Shown here: in pieces, positions 26,748 to 36,246 of the stretch
Layout: each line of letters starts with the position of its first letter
Numbering within the stretch: position 1 is the first letter of the stretch
Notes under the pieces: generated by a model
What the model saw: the letters and a program-made list of their open reading frames with translations, nothing else
Told to the model about the DNA's origin: nothing
Databases searched by the model: none
Made by a program: the position numbers and the translations under genes
Origin: a virus
IMG/VR virus record: IMGVR_UViG_3300032030_000120
Reading direction: 5' to 3' (one strand)
Length of the DNA stretch: 50,996 nt

Positions 26748-27850
26748 TCGTCTATTTTACGGACAAGATGCTCAATGTCCTCGGTATGGCGGGTGCTCGT
26801 GACGGGATGATCATCACGGGTGATGTGTATCAGGACGAGCTGGACACGGGTGCTCCTATAATGGAATGCTATCTTGAATATCCCAAGGGGATGCGAAGAA
26901 AGGCAGAGAGGTGTGCGGAGCCAGGCGGATACGTGCTCAGAAAGCGCCTTAACCGGTATCAGGTCTTTACCATCTTGGAGTCGCAGAGCGAACCCGAATT
27001 AGGGCGCGTGTGGATGCACCTCGAAGGCGGGGGCATCGATCTCGTATGCGAAGAAGCAAAGGCGATGGAAGCAGACGGGAAACACCGCATCACGTACTAC
27101 TTGAATCTATTCATCAAGGACAGCGGTTTCACCATCCGACACAATGACATACCGAGGAACGAGCGGACGTTATCCTGGGACTCTACATCAACCGTCATGG
27201 AGAGGATCCTGTCTGTGGCCAACAGCTTCGGTGTAGAGCTTGAGTTCGATTTTGACATTGACGGTCTCCGGATTACAGGAATGTACATCGATATCCGCAA
27301 GAAGCGCGGAAAGGCATTGCAAAAGCCTCTTGTTGCAGGAAGAGAGATATCTTCTATCAAGCGAAAGAGAAGCCTTGCGACATTTGCTACTGCTCTGAGG
27401 GTCGAAGGCGGCACTCCGGAAGGCGAAGAGAATCCCATCAACTTAGTCGGCATGACTTACGATGACGGTGATATCTGGCTCTCTGAGGGTGGCAGTCTTT
27501 ACAGCCGAAAGGGTAGAGAGAATTGGCGGAGATTCAAGGCCAAGGACGAAGGCGGCGGATGGGTTATCGCTTTCTTCTCGTATGACACATCCAACAAGAA
27601 GATGCTTCTCAGCAAGGCAGTAGCGGAACTCCGAAAGCGCAATCACATGGCGGAGGAGTTCTCGGCAGATATCCTTGACCCGGACATTGTTCTCAATGTC
27701 GGAGACACGGTCAAGCTGTCGGACACGGAAGGAATGATCTTCGTATCCGCAAGGGTAACGAAGATTGAAGAATCTGAAGAAGAAATGTACACAACGGTAA
27801 CATTTGGCGAGTATGTCAATCTTGAAGTTGAGGAGGTGGAAACAGAGTAA
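26738..27850 (+). CDS. Tail-associated protein (Tal / phage minor structural protein N-terminal domain)
   Basis: (MG)MIVYFTDKMLNVLG N-terminus, typical of this family. Position after Dit. The start could be ATG at 26744. Confidence 0.7.
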   Translation: MGMIVYFTDKMLNVLGMAGARDGMIITGDVYQDELDTGAPIMECYLEYPKGMRRKAERCAEPGGYVLRKRLNRYQVFTILESQSEPELGRVWMHLEGGGIDLVCEEAKAMEADGKHRITYYLNLFIKDSGFTIRHNDIPRNERTLSWDSTSTVMERILSVANSFGVELEFDFDIDGLRITGMYIDIRKKRGKALQKPLVAGREISSIKRKRSLATFATALRVEGGTPEGEENPINLVGMTYDDGDIWLSEGGSLYSRKGRENWRRFKAKDEGGGWVIAFFSYDTSNKKMLLSKAVAELRKRNHMAEEFSADILDPDIVLNVGDTVKLSDTEGMIFVSARVTKIEESEEEMYTTVTFGEYVNLEVEEVETE

Positions 27851-30100
27851 ATGGCATCCTACAACTTAAATTTAATTCCCGGCGATGCTCCGGTAGTTGT
27901 GCTGGTCAATCAGTATGACAGGGGATATACCATCGACTTCACGGTCTACGATGGCGATACGGTCTTCTCACTGGCTGGCTATACGGCTGTGATCAACATC
28001 GGAAAACCGGATAAGAACGTCTATGCAGGCGGCACGGTGGTGCTCCGCGGTAACGTGGCCACTATCACGCTTGAAGAGCAGATGACGGCTATGTGGGGAC
28101 CCTGCATTGCAGAGCTTGTCTTCACGAATGCAAGTGGAAGGCGCGCAACGGCAAACTTCATCTTGGACGTTGAAAAATCTCCCCTTGAAGACGGAGCACA
28201 GTCCGAGAGCGTCATAAACTATATTGAATCAAGCCTTGAAGCAGCCGAGGGCGCTACGGAAGCGGCGGAAAGCGCCACAACGGCTGCCACGGCCGCAGCG
28301 GTGACAGCAAGGGACGCGGCAAGATCGGCGGCCAATGTGGCGGCCAATATTGCCAACATGCCTGAGGTGCTCCGACAGTTGTCCGTCACACTGGCAGATA
28401 CGACCGGCGACAACAAAATTATCTGTCTGGATCATAACGGCAATGTGAGCGCGCTTAGCGCCGGCTATGTTACGCCGCTGATGTACGGAGCAAAAGGGGA
28501 CGGAACCACGGACGACACGGCCGCATTTGAGGCGGCGCTGGCAAGCGGTGAGCGCGTTGTTGTACCAATGGCCACGTATAAGCTGACGCAGGTGCTTTGG
28601 ACGGACGACAGCGTTGTGGTAAATGACAGTGGGACGTACAACACCAAACCCCTGATAGTAAGCAAGGCCGTGCGGGACAGTGCGCCGGTGGAGCGCCTTG
28701 TCAAACAGTTCAATGCGAGCACAGGGAACGCGCGTGATTATTCGCTGCGCGGTGCCTGCTATGATCCTATAAACGACAGAATCATTGTGGCATACGCCAC
28801 CAGCTACACGGACGCAAGCGACGCCACCGATTTAGTTCTGACGGCATACACGACGGATTTTGAACCCGTCGCCGGTATGACCAAAGTATTCACGGGCGCA
28901 GGGCAAGGTGCCGGCATTTGTTACAACCCGGTCGAAGATAAAATACTTATAGCTTGCGAAAACGGCGCCCACTCATCACATATAGGCATAATTGAGCCTA
29001 ATACGTTTGAATTAGAGGGGTGGAGCGTTATTATCCCGCCCGGAGTAATCCGCTGCATTATGTACGACGGGGGCAACGACATATATTATGTCACCCGCAT
29101 GGAGCAGGACGGATATACTAATGCGGCCTATGATTCGCTTTTTGATCCGCTGGGTGTAGATTTTTATACTTGCGAGGATCAAATAAAAGAAGCGGCGGGG
29201 CTCAGCGCCTCCGACGCGCTTGTGGCAGAACAGGCCGTTGTTTACAAGCAACAGATTTTACAGTTATTCTCCGGTCCGGGCGCGGCGTATATTGCCCAGT
29301 ACGATTATGCGCATTCCTGTCTAAAAAAAGCCTACCGAATAGCGAGCGACTATTTAACCGGCGACGAACCGAAGGCGCTTGTAAATGTGGGCGGTAAGAT
29401 TTACATGCTGACAGATATCGCCAACACGGCCGGGCAGCGGTACGTGAGTGTTTCCGAGCTCATGTTTGACAGTCGCATTGATGGTCAAAGCAAGAACACT
29501 ATGACGGACACAAAAGTGCTGGCCGGCGACGATCTGAACGACGTGTTGACGGTGGGACGCTACGTGGCCCCCACGGTCACATCGGCAACAAACCTGACAA
29601 ACGCCCCCACGACGCAGGCGTTTGTGATGTGGGTAGTTCCGGTGCCGTTCACGAAGGAAAGCCGTGCACAAATCGTCTTGACGTATCACGGCGACATCTT
29701 CGTGAGGTCTTATGTGGCTCACGTGTCAATCTGGTACGGATGGAGACAGCTTGCTGAGACTGCCCGCAAGGGCGCGACAAAGACAGGATCGTGGGACGGA
29801 GTCGGATATGTCACATCGGGCGGCACAGAGGCGCGCTTTACGATCCCGTATCCCATGCCGAGTGCGTCTGATGCAATGCCGAGCATTACCGTCACATCCT
29901 GCAAGGTAAATCTTCGCCAGAATGAGAATTATCTGGTGGAAAGCTCCCTGGATCTGGTGACAGCTTCAGGATACGTCGTCTCTGCTACTCCGTCACCGTT
30001 CGGCATCAGAATCACAATCACCAAGAGTTCCGCGTTTCCAAATGTCGTTAATAACGAGCCATGCGGTGTCGGCGCTACTGTCACACTACGATTTACATAA
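27851..30100 (+). CDS. Baseplate upper protein / receptor-binding protein with a pectate-lyase-3-like (depolymerase) motif
   Basis: BppU-N-like N-terminus (VLVNQYDRGYTIDFTVYDGD), Ala-rich coiled coil, then YVTPLMYGAKGDGTTDDTAAFEAAL. Confidence 0.7.
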   Translation: MASYNLNLIPGDAPVVVLVNQYDRGYTIDFTVYDGDTVFSLAGYTAVINIGKPDKNVYAGGTVVLRGNVATITLEEQMTAMWGPCIAELVFTNASGRRATANFILDVEKSPLEDGAQSESVINYIESSLEAAEGATEAAESATTAATAAAVTARDAARSAANVAANIANMPEVLRQLSVTLADTTGDNKIICLDHNGNVSALSAGYVTPLMYGAKGDGTTDDTAAFEAALASGERVVVPMATYKLTQVLWTDDSVVVNDSGTYNTKPLIVSKAVRDSAPVERLVKQFNASTGNARDYSLRGACYDPINDRIIVAYATSYTDASDATDLVLTAYTTDFEPVAGMTKVFTGAGQGAGICYNPVEDKILIACENGAHSSHIGIIEPNTFELEGWSVIIPPGVIRCIMYDGGNDIYYVTRMEQDGYTNAAYDSLFDPLGVDFYTCEDQIKEAAGLSASDALVAEQAVVYKQQILQLFSGPGAAYIAQYDYAHSCLKKAYRIASDYLTGDEPKALVNVGGKIYMLTDIANTAGQRYVSVSELMFDSRIDGQSKNTMTDTKVLAGDDLNDVLTVGRYVAPTVTSATNLTNAPTTQAFVMWVVPVPFTKESRAQIVLTYHGDIFVRSYVAHVSIWYGWRQLAETARKGATKTGSWDGVGYVTSGGTEARFTIPYPMPSASDAMPSITVTSCKVNLRQNENYLVESSLDLVTASGYVVSATPSPFGIRITITKSSAFPNVVNNEPCGVGATVTLRFT

Positions 30101-30116
30101 AAGGAGGTAAGGACGG

Positions 30117-31253
30117 ATGATTTCAATTATTTCTTCGACCCCGGCACCATACAAAATTGTTGACGGAGTTGCGAAGAGCCGGGAGCTTTTTACTCTTGCC
30201 GGGCTCTCGACAGATACAAAACCCGTGGCGGAATACAAGGGCATTCGGATCCGGAACGGGTCGACCTTTATCGAGATCGATACAGGGAAGGCGTACATGT
30301 ACGATGAAGAGGGCGGGAAGTGGAGCGCACAGGCGGGAGGTGCAGGAAAAACCTCTTCCGGCTCTATGGATCTTTCTGCCGCTCTCGACGCAGCGATTGC
30401 GTCGCAGGTCAATAATGCGAGAGTGATCAGCTTAACGGAGACTCAGCTTGCGAGCGGGTCGGTCATCGAGGCGGTCGGCGTGCCGGCATACGTCGGGGAC
30501 GTGACGCAGTACGCGGCATATGGCATCACGGAGACGGGCTGGTACATTTTTGCCAGAGTGCTCACCAAGGACGGCGAGGCTATCGAGGCAGGCGTGACCG
30601 TGGATGGAGCCGACGGGGCTATCATCACAGCGGGAGAAGATCATGTAGATATCGCCGTGAGATTTGAGGTCGCGTCGATGAGTAAGCCGGTAACTATCAA
30701 CTGGGGCACATACACAGAGACATACATTTTTAAGGCCACGGATTTAGCGGTCAGAAACCTGGACTACCGCGTAACTTTCTATGTCTATGACGCCGATCCT
30801 TTTGCTACGTGGGAGTACGAGCTGACGACCGACACGACATTTGCAACCGGGAAACACTATTTCACGAAGAACGAAGACGACACATACACAGAGGCCGAGG
30901 TCACTGTGGGCGAAGCAGTCCCGGCTGATACATATTACAAGCACAGCAAAGTCACGATCGAGGGGCTTTGCAGAAATGTCACGTACCGCCTCAATACGGT
31001 TGTTGATTGTCCGATGACCTTCATTCTTCCGGAAATTGAGGACGAATGCCACGGCGCGTGGTACGAAATCCGATGCAATCACGCAGGAACTTACAGTATG
31101 ACGCTTGTTCCGCCTTCCGATGACGTCAAGGTGGCCACACAGCACTCACAGGTGGAGAGCGCGGGCATCAACATGATTAACCTGCACTATACATCTGTAG
31201 CCGGACTGAAAATGTGGCGTTTTATGAATACTCATTCATCGGTCCCGGCATAA
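30117..31253 (+). CDS. Hypothetical tail/baseplate-associated structural protein
   Basis: AAGGAGG RBS. Position in the distal tail module. Confidence 0.55.
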   Translation: MISIISSTPAPYKIVDGVAKSRELFTLAGLSTDTKPVAEYKGIRIRNGSTFIEIDTGKAYMYDEEGGKWSAQAGGAGKTSSGSMDLSAALDAAIASQVNNARVISLTETQLASGSVIEAVGVPAYVGDVTQYAAYGITETGWYIFARVLTKDGEAIEAGVTVDGADGAIITAGEDHVDIAVRFEVASMSKPVTINWGTYTETYIFKATDLAVRNLDYRVTFYVYDADPFATWEYELTTDTTFATGKHYFTKNEDDTYTEAEVTVGEAVPADTYYKHSKVTIEGLCRNVTYRLNTVVDCPMTFILPEIEDECHGAWYEIRCNHAGTYSMTLVPPSDDVKVATQHSQVESAGINMINLHYTSVAGLKMWRFMNTHSSVPA

Positions 31254-31265
31254 AGGAGGTAGTAT

Positions 31266-31634
31266 ATGGAAGCAAATTATACCTACGAGAAATTTGACGA
31301 AAACGGGAAAGTTACATACTGCCCCGGAAATGACTACGACGGAAGCATTACCGGCCACATCGTAATGAATATAAAAGCATGGTTCGACGAAAATCCGGAA
31401 GAAAGAAAGCGCCTCGGGTGGATCAAGCATATACATCACAGTACTAAGGATATTGACTATAATCCTGCCACACAGCGCATTGTGTGGTCAAGCAAGCAGA
31501 TAGACGAGTATACGATTGAAGATGAATATCACGTCGTCGACAAGTCGGAGGAGATGCTCCGACTTGAGGAGCTTCTTAACGCACTGAATTACGAGTCAGG
31601 GGATTTTGTAACGCTGCTTAACGGAGGTACATGA
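31266..31634 (+). CDS. Hypothetical protein (122 aa)
   Basis: AAGGAGG RBS. Follows the tail-fiber genes. Confidence 0.55.
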   Translation: MEANYTYEKFDENGKVTYCPGNDYDGSITGHIVMNIKAWFDENPEERKRLGWIKHIHHSTKDIDYNPATQRIVWSSKQIDEYTIEDEYHVVDKSEEMLRLEELLNALNYESGDFVTLLNGGT

Positions 31635-31795
31635 TGAAGAAAGAATTTGAAGAATTGGCAAAAATCCAGAGTCAGAAGGCAAAAGATATTGAAGATGACG
31701 GCCTCCAGCCGCTCGACGCTGAAGGCCGTGTGCTTGCAGAGCACAAGCGATTTACATTTGACATCATTGATACACCGGTCGACCCGCTGAGATAA
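31631..31795 (+). CDS. Small hypothetical protein (54 aa)
   Basis: ATGATG overlaps the upstream stop. Translation is MMKKEFEELAKIQSQKAKDIEDDG... Confidence 0.4.
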   Translation: MMKKEFEELAKIQSQKAKDIEDDGLQPLDAEGRVLAEHKRFTFDIIDTPVDPLR

Positions 31796-31805
31796 GGAGG
31801 CGCTT

Positions 31806-32315
31806 ATGATTTTTGATGTAAAGGCAATCGTGTCACCTAAAAAATATGACTGTGCTCCCACCTGCCTCCAGATGCTCCTGGACTACTACGGCATAAGTGA
31901 GGAGCTCGACGTGCTCACTAAAAAGTGCAATGTCGGCCTTGCGGGGTGTACGGCCGCCGACGTCAACCGGGTCGGCAGGGAGTACGGCCTTGACATGAGG
32001 GCATACAAGATGGACGCTGAGGAGCTTATCCGGCAGGACAGGCCTGGCATCATCTGGTGGAATTTTTTCCACTTTTGCATTTTCTGCGGAACAGATGAAA
32101 AAGGTCAGGTTGTTATCTGCAACCCGGACAGAGGTAAATACCGGCACAGCGTGGACAGCTTTAAATCTTTTTACTCCGGCATTGCCATTTTCAACGGCGA
32201 TCCGGAAGATCTCCCGGAAGAGCCGCCTGATCAGGTAACGCTTACACAGAGTGAATACGATGATATCATGGAGATAATAAACAAGGCTGGGGAGGTGTTC
32301 GCAGATGAAGAATAA
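31806..32315 (+). CDS. Peptidase C39-like (papain-fold cysteine peptidase) protein
   Basis: YDCAPTCLQMLLDYYG (Cys), FFHFCIFCG (His) and ICNPDRG (Asp), in the order and spacing of C39 bacteriocin-processing peptidases. Confidence 0.65.
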   Translation: MIFDVKAIVSPKKYDCAPTCLQMLLDYYGISEELDVLTKKCNVGLAGCTAADVNRVGREYGLDMRAYKMDAEELIRQDRPGIIWWNFFHFCIFCGTDEKGQVVICNPDRGKYRHSVDSFKSFYSGIAIFNGDPEDLPEEPPDQVTLTQSEYDDIMEIINKAGEVFADEE

Positions 32316-32736
32316 AAAGAGAATTCTTGATGGTCTCGGCTCTGTCGTATCGGCTCGCGATCTCCTTACCGATGAGCAGGCAGCGAACGTCCCGAACCTC
32401 TATCCGGAATGGAAGATCGGAATCGTCTATGATCCGGACGGCGTGGAAGGTCCTAACCGCTTTACTTACAATGGCATTCTTTATAAGGCCCTGACAAAAC
32501 ACACTTCTCAGGCAGACTGGATCCCCGGAAGCGTGCCGGCTGTATATGCCGAGGTTCTCCCCGGACAGGATGGAACCGCAATCGGAGAGTGGAAACAGCC
32601 CATCGGGGACACTAACCCCTATAAACTCGGCGATAAGGTGACTTATAACGGCAAAACCTGGGAGTGTACGGGCGTGGACGGCAATGGGTATAACGTCTGG
32701 GAGCCGGGGGTGTACGGATGGGTAGAAGTTGGCTGA
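32305..32736 (+). CDS. Carbohydrate-binding (CBM5/12-like) protein
   Basis: Two aromatic-rich repeats: YNGILYKALTKHTSQADWIP and KVTYNGKTWECTGV...NVWEPGVYGW. Confidence 0.55.
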   Translation: MKNKKRILDGLGSVVSARDLLTDEQAANVPNLYPEWKIGIVYDPDGVEGPNRFTYNGILYKALTKHTSQADWIPGSVPAVYAEVLPGQDGTAIGEWKQPIGDTNPYKLGDKVTYNGKTWECTGVDGNGYNVWEPGVYGWVEVG

Positions 32737-32890
32737 GATTGCCGTTATCGGCATAATATCAGCTATTTCGTTCTTGCTGTTTGGGGTGCATGGAATCCTC
32801 ATAGGGGATGCATCCCAGACAGCAGGCGATTTGATATCCATAGGATTTTACATTCTCGTTTTATCAGTGTGCTCGCTGATATCTTTGTAA
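32729..32890 (+). CDS. Possible small two-TM membrane peptide (TTG start; speculative, holin/antiholin-like)
   Basis: Hand translation (M)AEIAVIGIISAISFLLFGVHGILIGDASQTAGDLISIGFYILVLSVCSLISL. Weak RBS and non-ATG start. Confidence 0.25.
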   Translation: MAEIAVIGIISAISFLLFGVHGILIGDASQTAGDLISIGFYILVLSVCSLISL

Positions 32891-32935
32891 TGCATTGTAA
32901 CGCATTGTAACGCATTGTAACGCATTGTAACGCTT
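32886..32935. repeat. Five tandem copies of a 10-bp unit TGTAA(T/C)GCAT
   Basis: tgtaatgcat tgtaacgcat tgtaacgcat tgtaacgcat tgtaacgctt, read directly. Confidence 0.95.
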
Positions 32936-32955
32936 TATCTTCGCAATAAACAGCC

Positions 32956-33009
32956 TTATAACCTTCGCAAAACGGGCATTTTTCATGCTTCAAAAAACGA
33001 AGGTTATAA
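32956..33009. repeat. 12-bp perfect inverted repeat TTATAACCTTCG / CGAAGGTTATAA with a 30-nt spacer
   Basis: Read directly in the 400-bp non-coding gap upstream of the holin gene. Confidence 0.85.
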
Positions 33010-33143
33010 AATCCTGTCCATGCAGACGGTTATATTAGAAGGATTTTCACATGGGCGGACAAAATGCGAAGGTGTCTGCGTTGCAATAATGGCAAGTCAG
33101 GATGATAGCCCGACAGGGCATAGATTACTAACGGAGGTATTAC

Positions 33144-33629
33144 ATGAAAGAAACGTATTTATTGGTTGCCGGCGTAGTCAGCGCGGCAATCGCCTATGTA
33201 TCTGGCAAACTTGGCATTCTCATTCCGCTGATTGGACTTCTTGTCCTCATGATGGTGATTGATTATGTTTCTGGCATGCTTGCCGCAAAGAAAGAGGCTA
33301 TCGATCATCCGGGCGATCCTGCATACGGGTGGTCGAGTGCCATTGGCTTTAATGGGATAATCAAAAAGTTCGGCATCATTTGTATAATCGTCGTGTCGAT
33401 GGTACTTGATTATATTGTTGCGACATTGGCAATCAAGATGCAGCTTAATCCGCCGATCACGACACTTTTCTCGCTCCTTGTAACATCATGGTTCTTACTT
33501 AATGAGATGTTGTCCATCATTGAAAATTCTGGACGCATGGGAGCTGATGTACCGGACTGGCTCGTAAAATATATCGCAATTTTAAAAGACAAGATAGACG
33601 ATACCGGCACAGGTGCGGAAGGTATGTGA
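33144..33629 (+). CDS. Holin (phage_holin_4-like)
   Basis: Multiple TM segments. VIDYVSGMLAAKKE...SSAIGFNGIIKK signature. GGAGG RBS. Lies upstream of the endolysin. Confidence 0.85.
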   Translation: MKETYLLVAGVVSAAIAYVSGKLGILIPLIGLLVLMMVIDYVSGMLAAKKEAIDHPGDPAYGWSSAIGFNGIIKKFGIICIIVVSMVLDYIVATLAIKMQLNPPITTLFSLLVTSWFLLNEMLSIIENSGRMGADVPDWLVKYIAILKDKIDDTGTGAEGM

Positions 33630-33641
33630 AAGATAACTAAG

Positions 33642-33672
33642 AGACGGAGGACTTGTTCCTCCGTCTTTTTTT
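33642..33672 (+). terminator. Intrinsic terminator-like hairpin between holin and endolysin
   Basis: AGACGGAGGA-cttgt-TCCTCCGTCT followed by TTTTTT. Confidence 0.65.
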
Positions 33673-33691
33673 AATTTGGAGAGGAGAAAGG

Positions 33692-36019
33692 ATGAATAAA
33701 AAGAATTTACATGTACTTTCAAACATCATAGCAGCTGTTGAAAGTGGCGGACAGGTTTACAGCGAGGCAAGGGACTGGACAGCGTACGCCGGCGCAGGAA
33801 CAAATTCTTCCGCAGAAGCGACTTGCACCCTCGGACCCTATCAGGCATACGGGGACGAGGCTCAGGAACTTGTGCAGTATATCCGTGACAAGTATCTAAA
33901 GGCATTTCGTGAGTGTGACAAGGATCATATTTTAGAAGAAAAACTTGATGAGTTTGCAAGGCATGGAGAAACGTGGGTAAGTGCCAGATGGAATCCAGAC
34001 GGTAAATATAAGGCTATCCTCATCAAGCTACTGGCGACCGATGCAGGCCATGAAGCATCTGAGTATGTCTTTCAGGAGAGATTGAAAAAGTATATCGCAA
34101 GAGCCGAAGAGAACGGCGTGAAGAATGTAGAAGGTCAGATGATGTGGGCGGAAGTCCAGCATCTTGGCGGTAAGAGCGCCGTACTTCGCGTATTTGAGCG
34201 TTTTCCAAAGGATGCCGGGTATTCGTGCAGTGAGTGGCTTGAAGTCCTTAAAAAGGACCAGGCGGACAACTACTACAAGAAAAACGGAGTCGGTTCAAGC
34301 AAGTATTGGAGCAGGCATGTGAAGTGCGTGGAGTTCATCGGTAAGTATGCTGACCTGAAAGACGGCGAGCAGGCCGAAACGAAAAAGGAGACAGCAATGG
34401 GAACTACAGCTGATAAGATTATTGAAAGAGCGGCACACTATGTCGGCTACCGCGAAAAGAATCATGCATCTGCCGATATGGAGAACTTTACCGCCGATGC
34501 AGGAAGCGGAAACTTCCAGAAGTTTCAGGAACTTGCAGGAGCCGGTAACGGTGATCAGTGGTGCCAGTACTTTGTAGACGGTATCGCGGTAGAAGTCATG
34601 GGCAGTATTACGAAAGCCAAAAAACTCCTCTGCCAGACGAACAGCGGAAACTACATGACAGGTTATACTCCGGATGGCAGCGGATATTTCAAGCAGGCCG
34701 GAAGATGGTATAAAACACCTCAGAAGGGTGATGTAATCTATTTCTACAGTTCTTCGATGGGAAGAATCTGTCATGTCGGATATGTCGAGAAGGTCGATAC
34801 TGCAAGCAAAACCGTCTACACGATTGAAGGCAATACCAATTCAGACGGATTCACTACGAACGGAGGATGCGTTGCAAGGCACTCTTACAGCTATGCGAAT
34901 GTGGGCGGCGGCAATCGTGTTGCAGGATTCGGCAGACCGATGTATGAAGACGTCAATTCCTTCGTGACATTGAGACGCGGGAACAGCGGAGATGAGGTAA
35001 GGACCCTGCAGGAGAATCTTCAGCTCGTAGGATTTGTTGACTGCGCATATTATACATCTCAGAATTTCGTAGACGGTGACTTCGGATCCGGAACGGAGAA
35101 GAGCGTTGTCATGCTCCAGGAAGCATGTAGACTTGAGGTAGACGGCATTTACGGTGAGCAGTCAGACAAGGCCCTCACAGATCTTGTGAAGAAGGCAAAG
35201 GCGTCATCTTTCAAGAAAACAGTAAAAGAGTTCCTTGGTGAAGCATCGAAAGTTGCTAAGCTTGTCCGTGATAATGGATGGAAGTATGGAAATGCTCCTG
35301 CCCTTCCTTCGGTTTATCCGATTTGCAAGATGACATCCTGCGACAGGTTCATTGATCAGACACTTTACGCTTGCGGACTTACCGATGTTGGTAATCGTAA
35401 TATTGGCGCTCTTGAAAAGTATCTGCTTTCAAAGGGTGCCGTAAGAATCACGGATAAGAATAAGATTGCTGCCGGCGATATTATCAAGTTTAGCCATGGA
35501 CATGTGTGCATCCTTGGCAACAAAAAGGGTAACATGTGGGAAAGATACGACGGGGGAAGCAACGACCGCCTGAGAGGCTCTCAGCCCTTCATAGAAGGCA
35601 TTTACGCATTCGAAGCAGCTTACAGGCTTCCGTTCATTGATGAGAGAAAACTTCTTGTCAAGAAAGGGCAGGAGCACAGCATCAATTTCACCGGCGTGTC
35701 TATCGATGTTGATGGAATCCGCGGAGCAGAGACGACGCGCAACATGATCAGATGCCTTCAGAGGGCGGCCAATCTTGACTGGCAGGCAGGACTCACAGAA
35801 GACGGAATCATCGGACCGAAGACAAGAGCTGCGTTCCACGGGCATTACATCAAGCTCGGCGAATCTCAGAAGATGGTCACGGCCGTCGAGATTATCTGCT
35901 ACTGCCTTGGACGCGATCCGCAGGGAGTGGAGTATCCTGGCAAATTCGGCAGCGGTCTTGCTGCGGCACTCGGTACACAGTATCTCAGCGGCGAGGATGT
36001 TCTGAAGCTGGTTGACTAA
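33692..36019 (+). CDS. Multidomain endolysin (775 aa): N-terminal lysozyme-like(?) domain, CHAP, PG-binding, second Cys/His peptidase, second PG-binding
   Basis: IAAVESGG; CHAP motifs DQWCQYFV / ICHVGYV / TIEGNT; PG_binding_1-like GDEVRTLQENLQLVGF...DGDFG and DGIRGAETTRNM...DGIIGPKT; second peptidase MTSCDRFI / HGHVCIL. GGAGAGGAG RBS before ATG at 33692. Confidence 0.85.
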   Translation: MNKKNLHVLSNIIAAVESGGQVYSEARDWTAYAGAGTNSSAEATCTLGPYQAYGDEAQELVQYIRDKYLKAFRECDKDHILEEKLDEFARHGETWVSARWNPDGKYKAILIKLLATDAGHEASEYVFQERLKKYIARAEENGVKNVEGQMMWAEVQHLGGKSAVLRVFERFPKDAGYSCSEWLEVLKKDQADNYYKKNGVGSSKYWSRHVKCVEFIGKYADLKDGEQAETKKETAMGTTADKIIERAAHYVGYREKNHASADMENFTADAGSGNFQKFQELAGAGNGDQWCQYFVDGIAVEVMGSITKAKKLLCQTNSGNYMTGYTPDGSGYFKQAGRWYKTPQKGDVIYFYSSSMGRICHVGYVEKVDTASKTVYTIEGNTNSDGFTTNGGCVARHSYSYANVGGGNRVAGFGRPMYEDVNSFVTLRRGNSGDEVRTLQENLQLVGFVDCAYYTSQNFVDGDFGSGTEKSVVMLQEACRLEVDGIYGEQSDKALTDLVKKAKASSFKKTVKEFLGEASKVAKLVRDNGWKYGNAPALPSVYPICKMTSCDRFIDQTLYACGLTDVGNRNIGALEKYLLSKGAVRITDKNKIAAGDIIKFSHGHVCILGNKKGNMWERYDGGSNDRLRGSQPFIEGIYAFEAAYRLPFIDERKLLVKKGQEHSINFTGVSIDVDGIRGAETTRNMIRCLQRAANLDWQAGLTEDGIIGPKTRAAFHGHYIKLGESQKMVTAVEIICYCLGRDPQGVEYPGKFGSGLAAALGTQYLSGEDVLKLVD

Positions 36020-36066
36020 CATTTGACTAACATTTGACTAACTTTTGAATAGCACTTGAATATCGC
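36012..36066. repeat. Five phased 11-bp units: TTGACTAACAT x2, TTGACTAACTT, TTGAATAGCAC, TTGAATATCGC
   Basis: Read directly. The first unit contains the endolysin stop codon. Confidence 0.9.
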
Positions 36067-36135
36067 AAGATACAAATAATCTTTGTATTTTTGCATGAAA
36101 TACAAAAGATAATTGTTTAGGGTTCTCCCAAAAAT

Positions 36136-36153
36136 CAAATTGATATCAATTTG
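36136..36153. repeat. 18-bp perfect palindrome CAAATTGATATCAATTTG
   Basis: Self-complementary on inspection. Confidence 0.95.
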
Positions 36154-36184
36154 CACTGCTTGCAACTTTATTGCAATTTTGCGC

Positions 36185-36198
36185 CGGGTATATACCCG
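36185..36198. repeat. 14-bp perfect palindrome CGGGTATATACCCG
   Basis: Self-complementary on inspection. Confidence 0.95.
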
Positions 36199-36226
36199 CG
36201 CCCTGCTTGCGAAGTTGTGAAATCGC

Positions 36227-36246
36227 GCATAAGGATATCCTTATGC
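36227..36246. repeat. 20-bp perfect palindrome GCATAAGGATATCCTTATGC
   Basis: Self-complementary on inspection. Confidence 0.95.

Noticed and set aside
27851-31253. Diversity-generating retroelement targeting the receptor-binding genes
   Set aside because: No reverse transcriptase ORF is present anywhere in the genome, and I could not find a template/variable repeat pair near the tail-fiber genes.
32799-32993. 64-aa minus-strand ORF (MKHEKCPFCEGYK...) spanning the 10-bp tandem array
   Set aside because: Half of the product is simply the translated repeat. There is no Shine-Dalgarno sequence, and the start lies inside the loop of the 12-bp inverted repeat.
32886-36066. CRISPR array interpretation of the short tandem repeats
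   Set aside because: The units are 10-11 bp and directly abutting, with no spacers, and no cas genes are present. These are microsatellite-like or protein-binding arrays.
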